DNA of 63,982 nucleotides, filler included, from Hausera hauseri (Eukaryota): assembly GCA_046269625.1 (NCBI GenBank). It is 12 parts of 12 records of this genome, joined end to end, with 100 filler letters (N's around TTAATTAATTAA, not from the genome) between each part and the next. Parts side by side here need not be neighbours in the genome. Positions count along the whole stretch, not along the records: positions 59,946 to 63,982 come from JBJURY010802977.1; 11 more parts are not named here. One strand, written 5' to 3'. Both the position numbers and the translations under genes were made by a program. Positions 63,383 through 63,982 of the stretch are shown here, in pieces (position 1 is the first letter of the stretch; every line of letters starts with the position of its first letter). The notes beneath the pieces are model-generated. The model was not told the origin of the DNA and made no database searches. It saw only the letters and a program-made list of their open reading frames with translations.

Positions 63383-63619
63383 TTAGAATTACAAATAGAT
63401 TTAGAAGCTGAAATTAAACGGCTTACAAACGAAATATACAATGGGAAAATAGACTGTGTCCAATTTTTAAACGAAGTGCAAAATGAATACTTTTTGTCAA
63501 AAGAAGACTATGTAGAACTTGTTGTTCGATCGATATTGATGCAAACATTAGAGATGAATTTAGAAAGAGACAGAGAAATGTTTTACTTGTGTGTAATATT
63601 CTTACTGGTGCAGTTGTAA
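63383..63619 (+). pseudogene. remnant homologue of the 558-857 small protein
   Basis: Open frame LELQIDLEAEIKRL..FLNEVQNEYFLSKEDYVELVVRSILMQTLEMNL downstream of the homologous TATA box; start is frameshifted. Confidence 0.4.
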
Positions 63620-63982
63620 TATTTTTATAAAAATTTGTTCGTTTTTTTATCTTATAAATCTTCACAATATCAAAATCATATAAATGTTCACAATATCGAA
63701 ACGTATCTACAATGATTAAAAAACCTTATTAACAAAACAAACACGGTAAAGAAAGAAATATTTATTAACATGAAATATATTTATATCATGAACAATCATC
63801 ACATATTTATACAATAATATTCGTATGCGACACATTTATTCTAGTCAATCCACTGGGGTTTGTTGTCAAACGAGTCCAATGCTTTCTTTTTGAACTGATT
63901 GCCATAAGTTGGTGGTTTTTGGTGCTAATTCGCTCCTGGTCCACCATGGTCCCACAACTGGTTTCATAAGCATTTAGGTAGT

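Overview
This is eukaryotic, not prokaryotic, DNA. Twelve short unplaced contigs are joined by an artificial 100-nt spacer (44 N + TTAATTAATTAA + 44 N), so adjacency across spacers has no biological meaning. Most contigs are AT-rich, CpG-retaining invertebrate DNA made almost entirely of decayed mobile elements: two Polinton/Maverick polB lineages (one with integrase-chromodomain, two tandem penton-like genes and a core-protein-like gene), at least five Ty3/Gypsy copies, plus BEL/Pao, mariner, piggyBac, hATm-like and Penelope-type hammerhead remnants. There is also one exon of a tyrosine-hydroxylase-like gene. One whole contig (11562-16840), and probably 31742-32740, is teleost fish DNA (Siglec/MAG-like gene, V-SINE). 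This suggests a fish parasite, possibly a flatworm, with host contamination (inference). The most interesting signal is a set of Gypsy-associated cargo genes. At 44585-46150 a signal-like segment, three FN3-like repeats (motif C-x9-CC-x-[LV]-x2-G-x2-Y in two of them) and a TM helix follow the integrase C-terminus. A diverged homologue at 24477-26708 continues in frame into a degenerate DEDDh exonuclease. A third TM protein at 52077-54075 carries ankyrin repeats and two RING fingers. A separate virus-like contig (16941-22650) encodes a chuvirus-G/herpes-gB-like fusogen and a ubiquitin-like/AT-hook protein. All calls come from motif recognition by eye; no searches were run.
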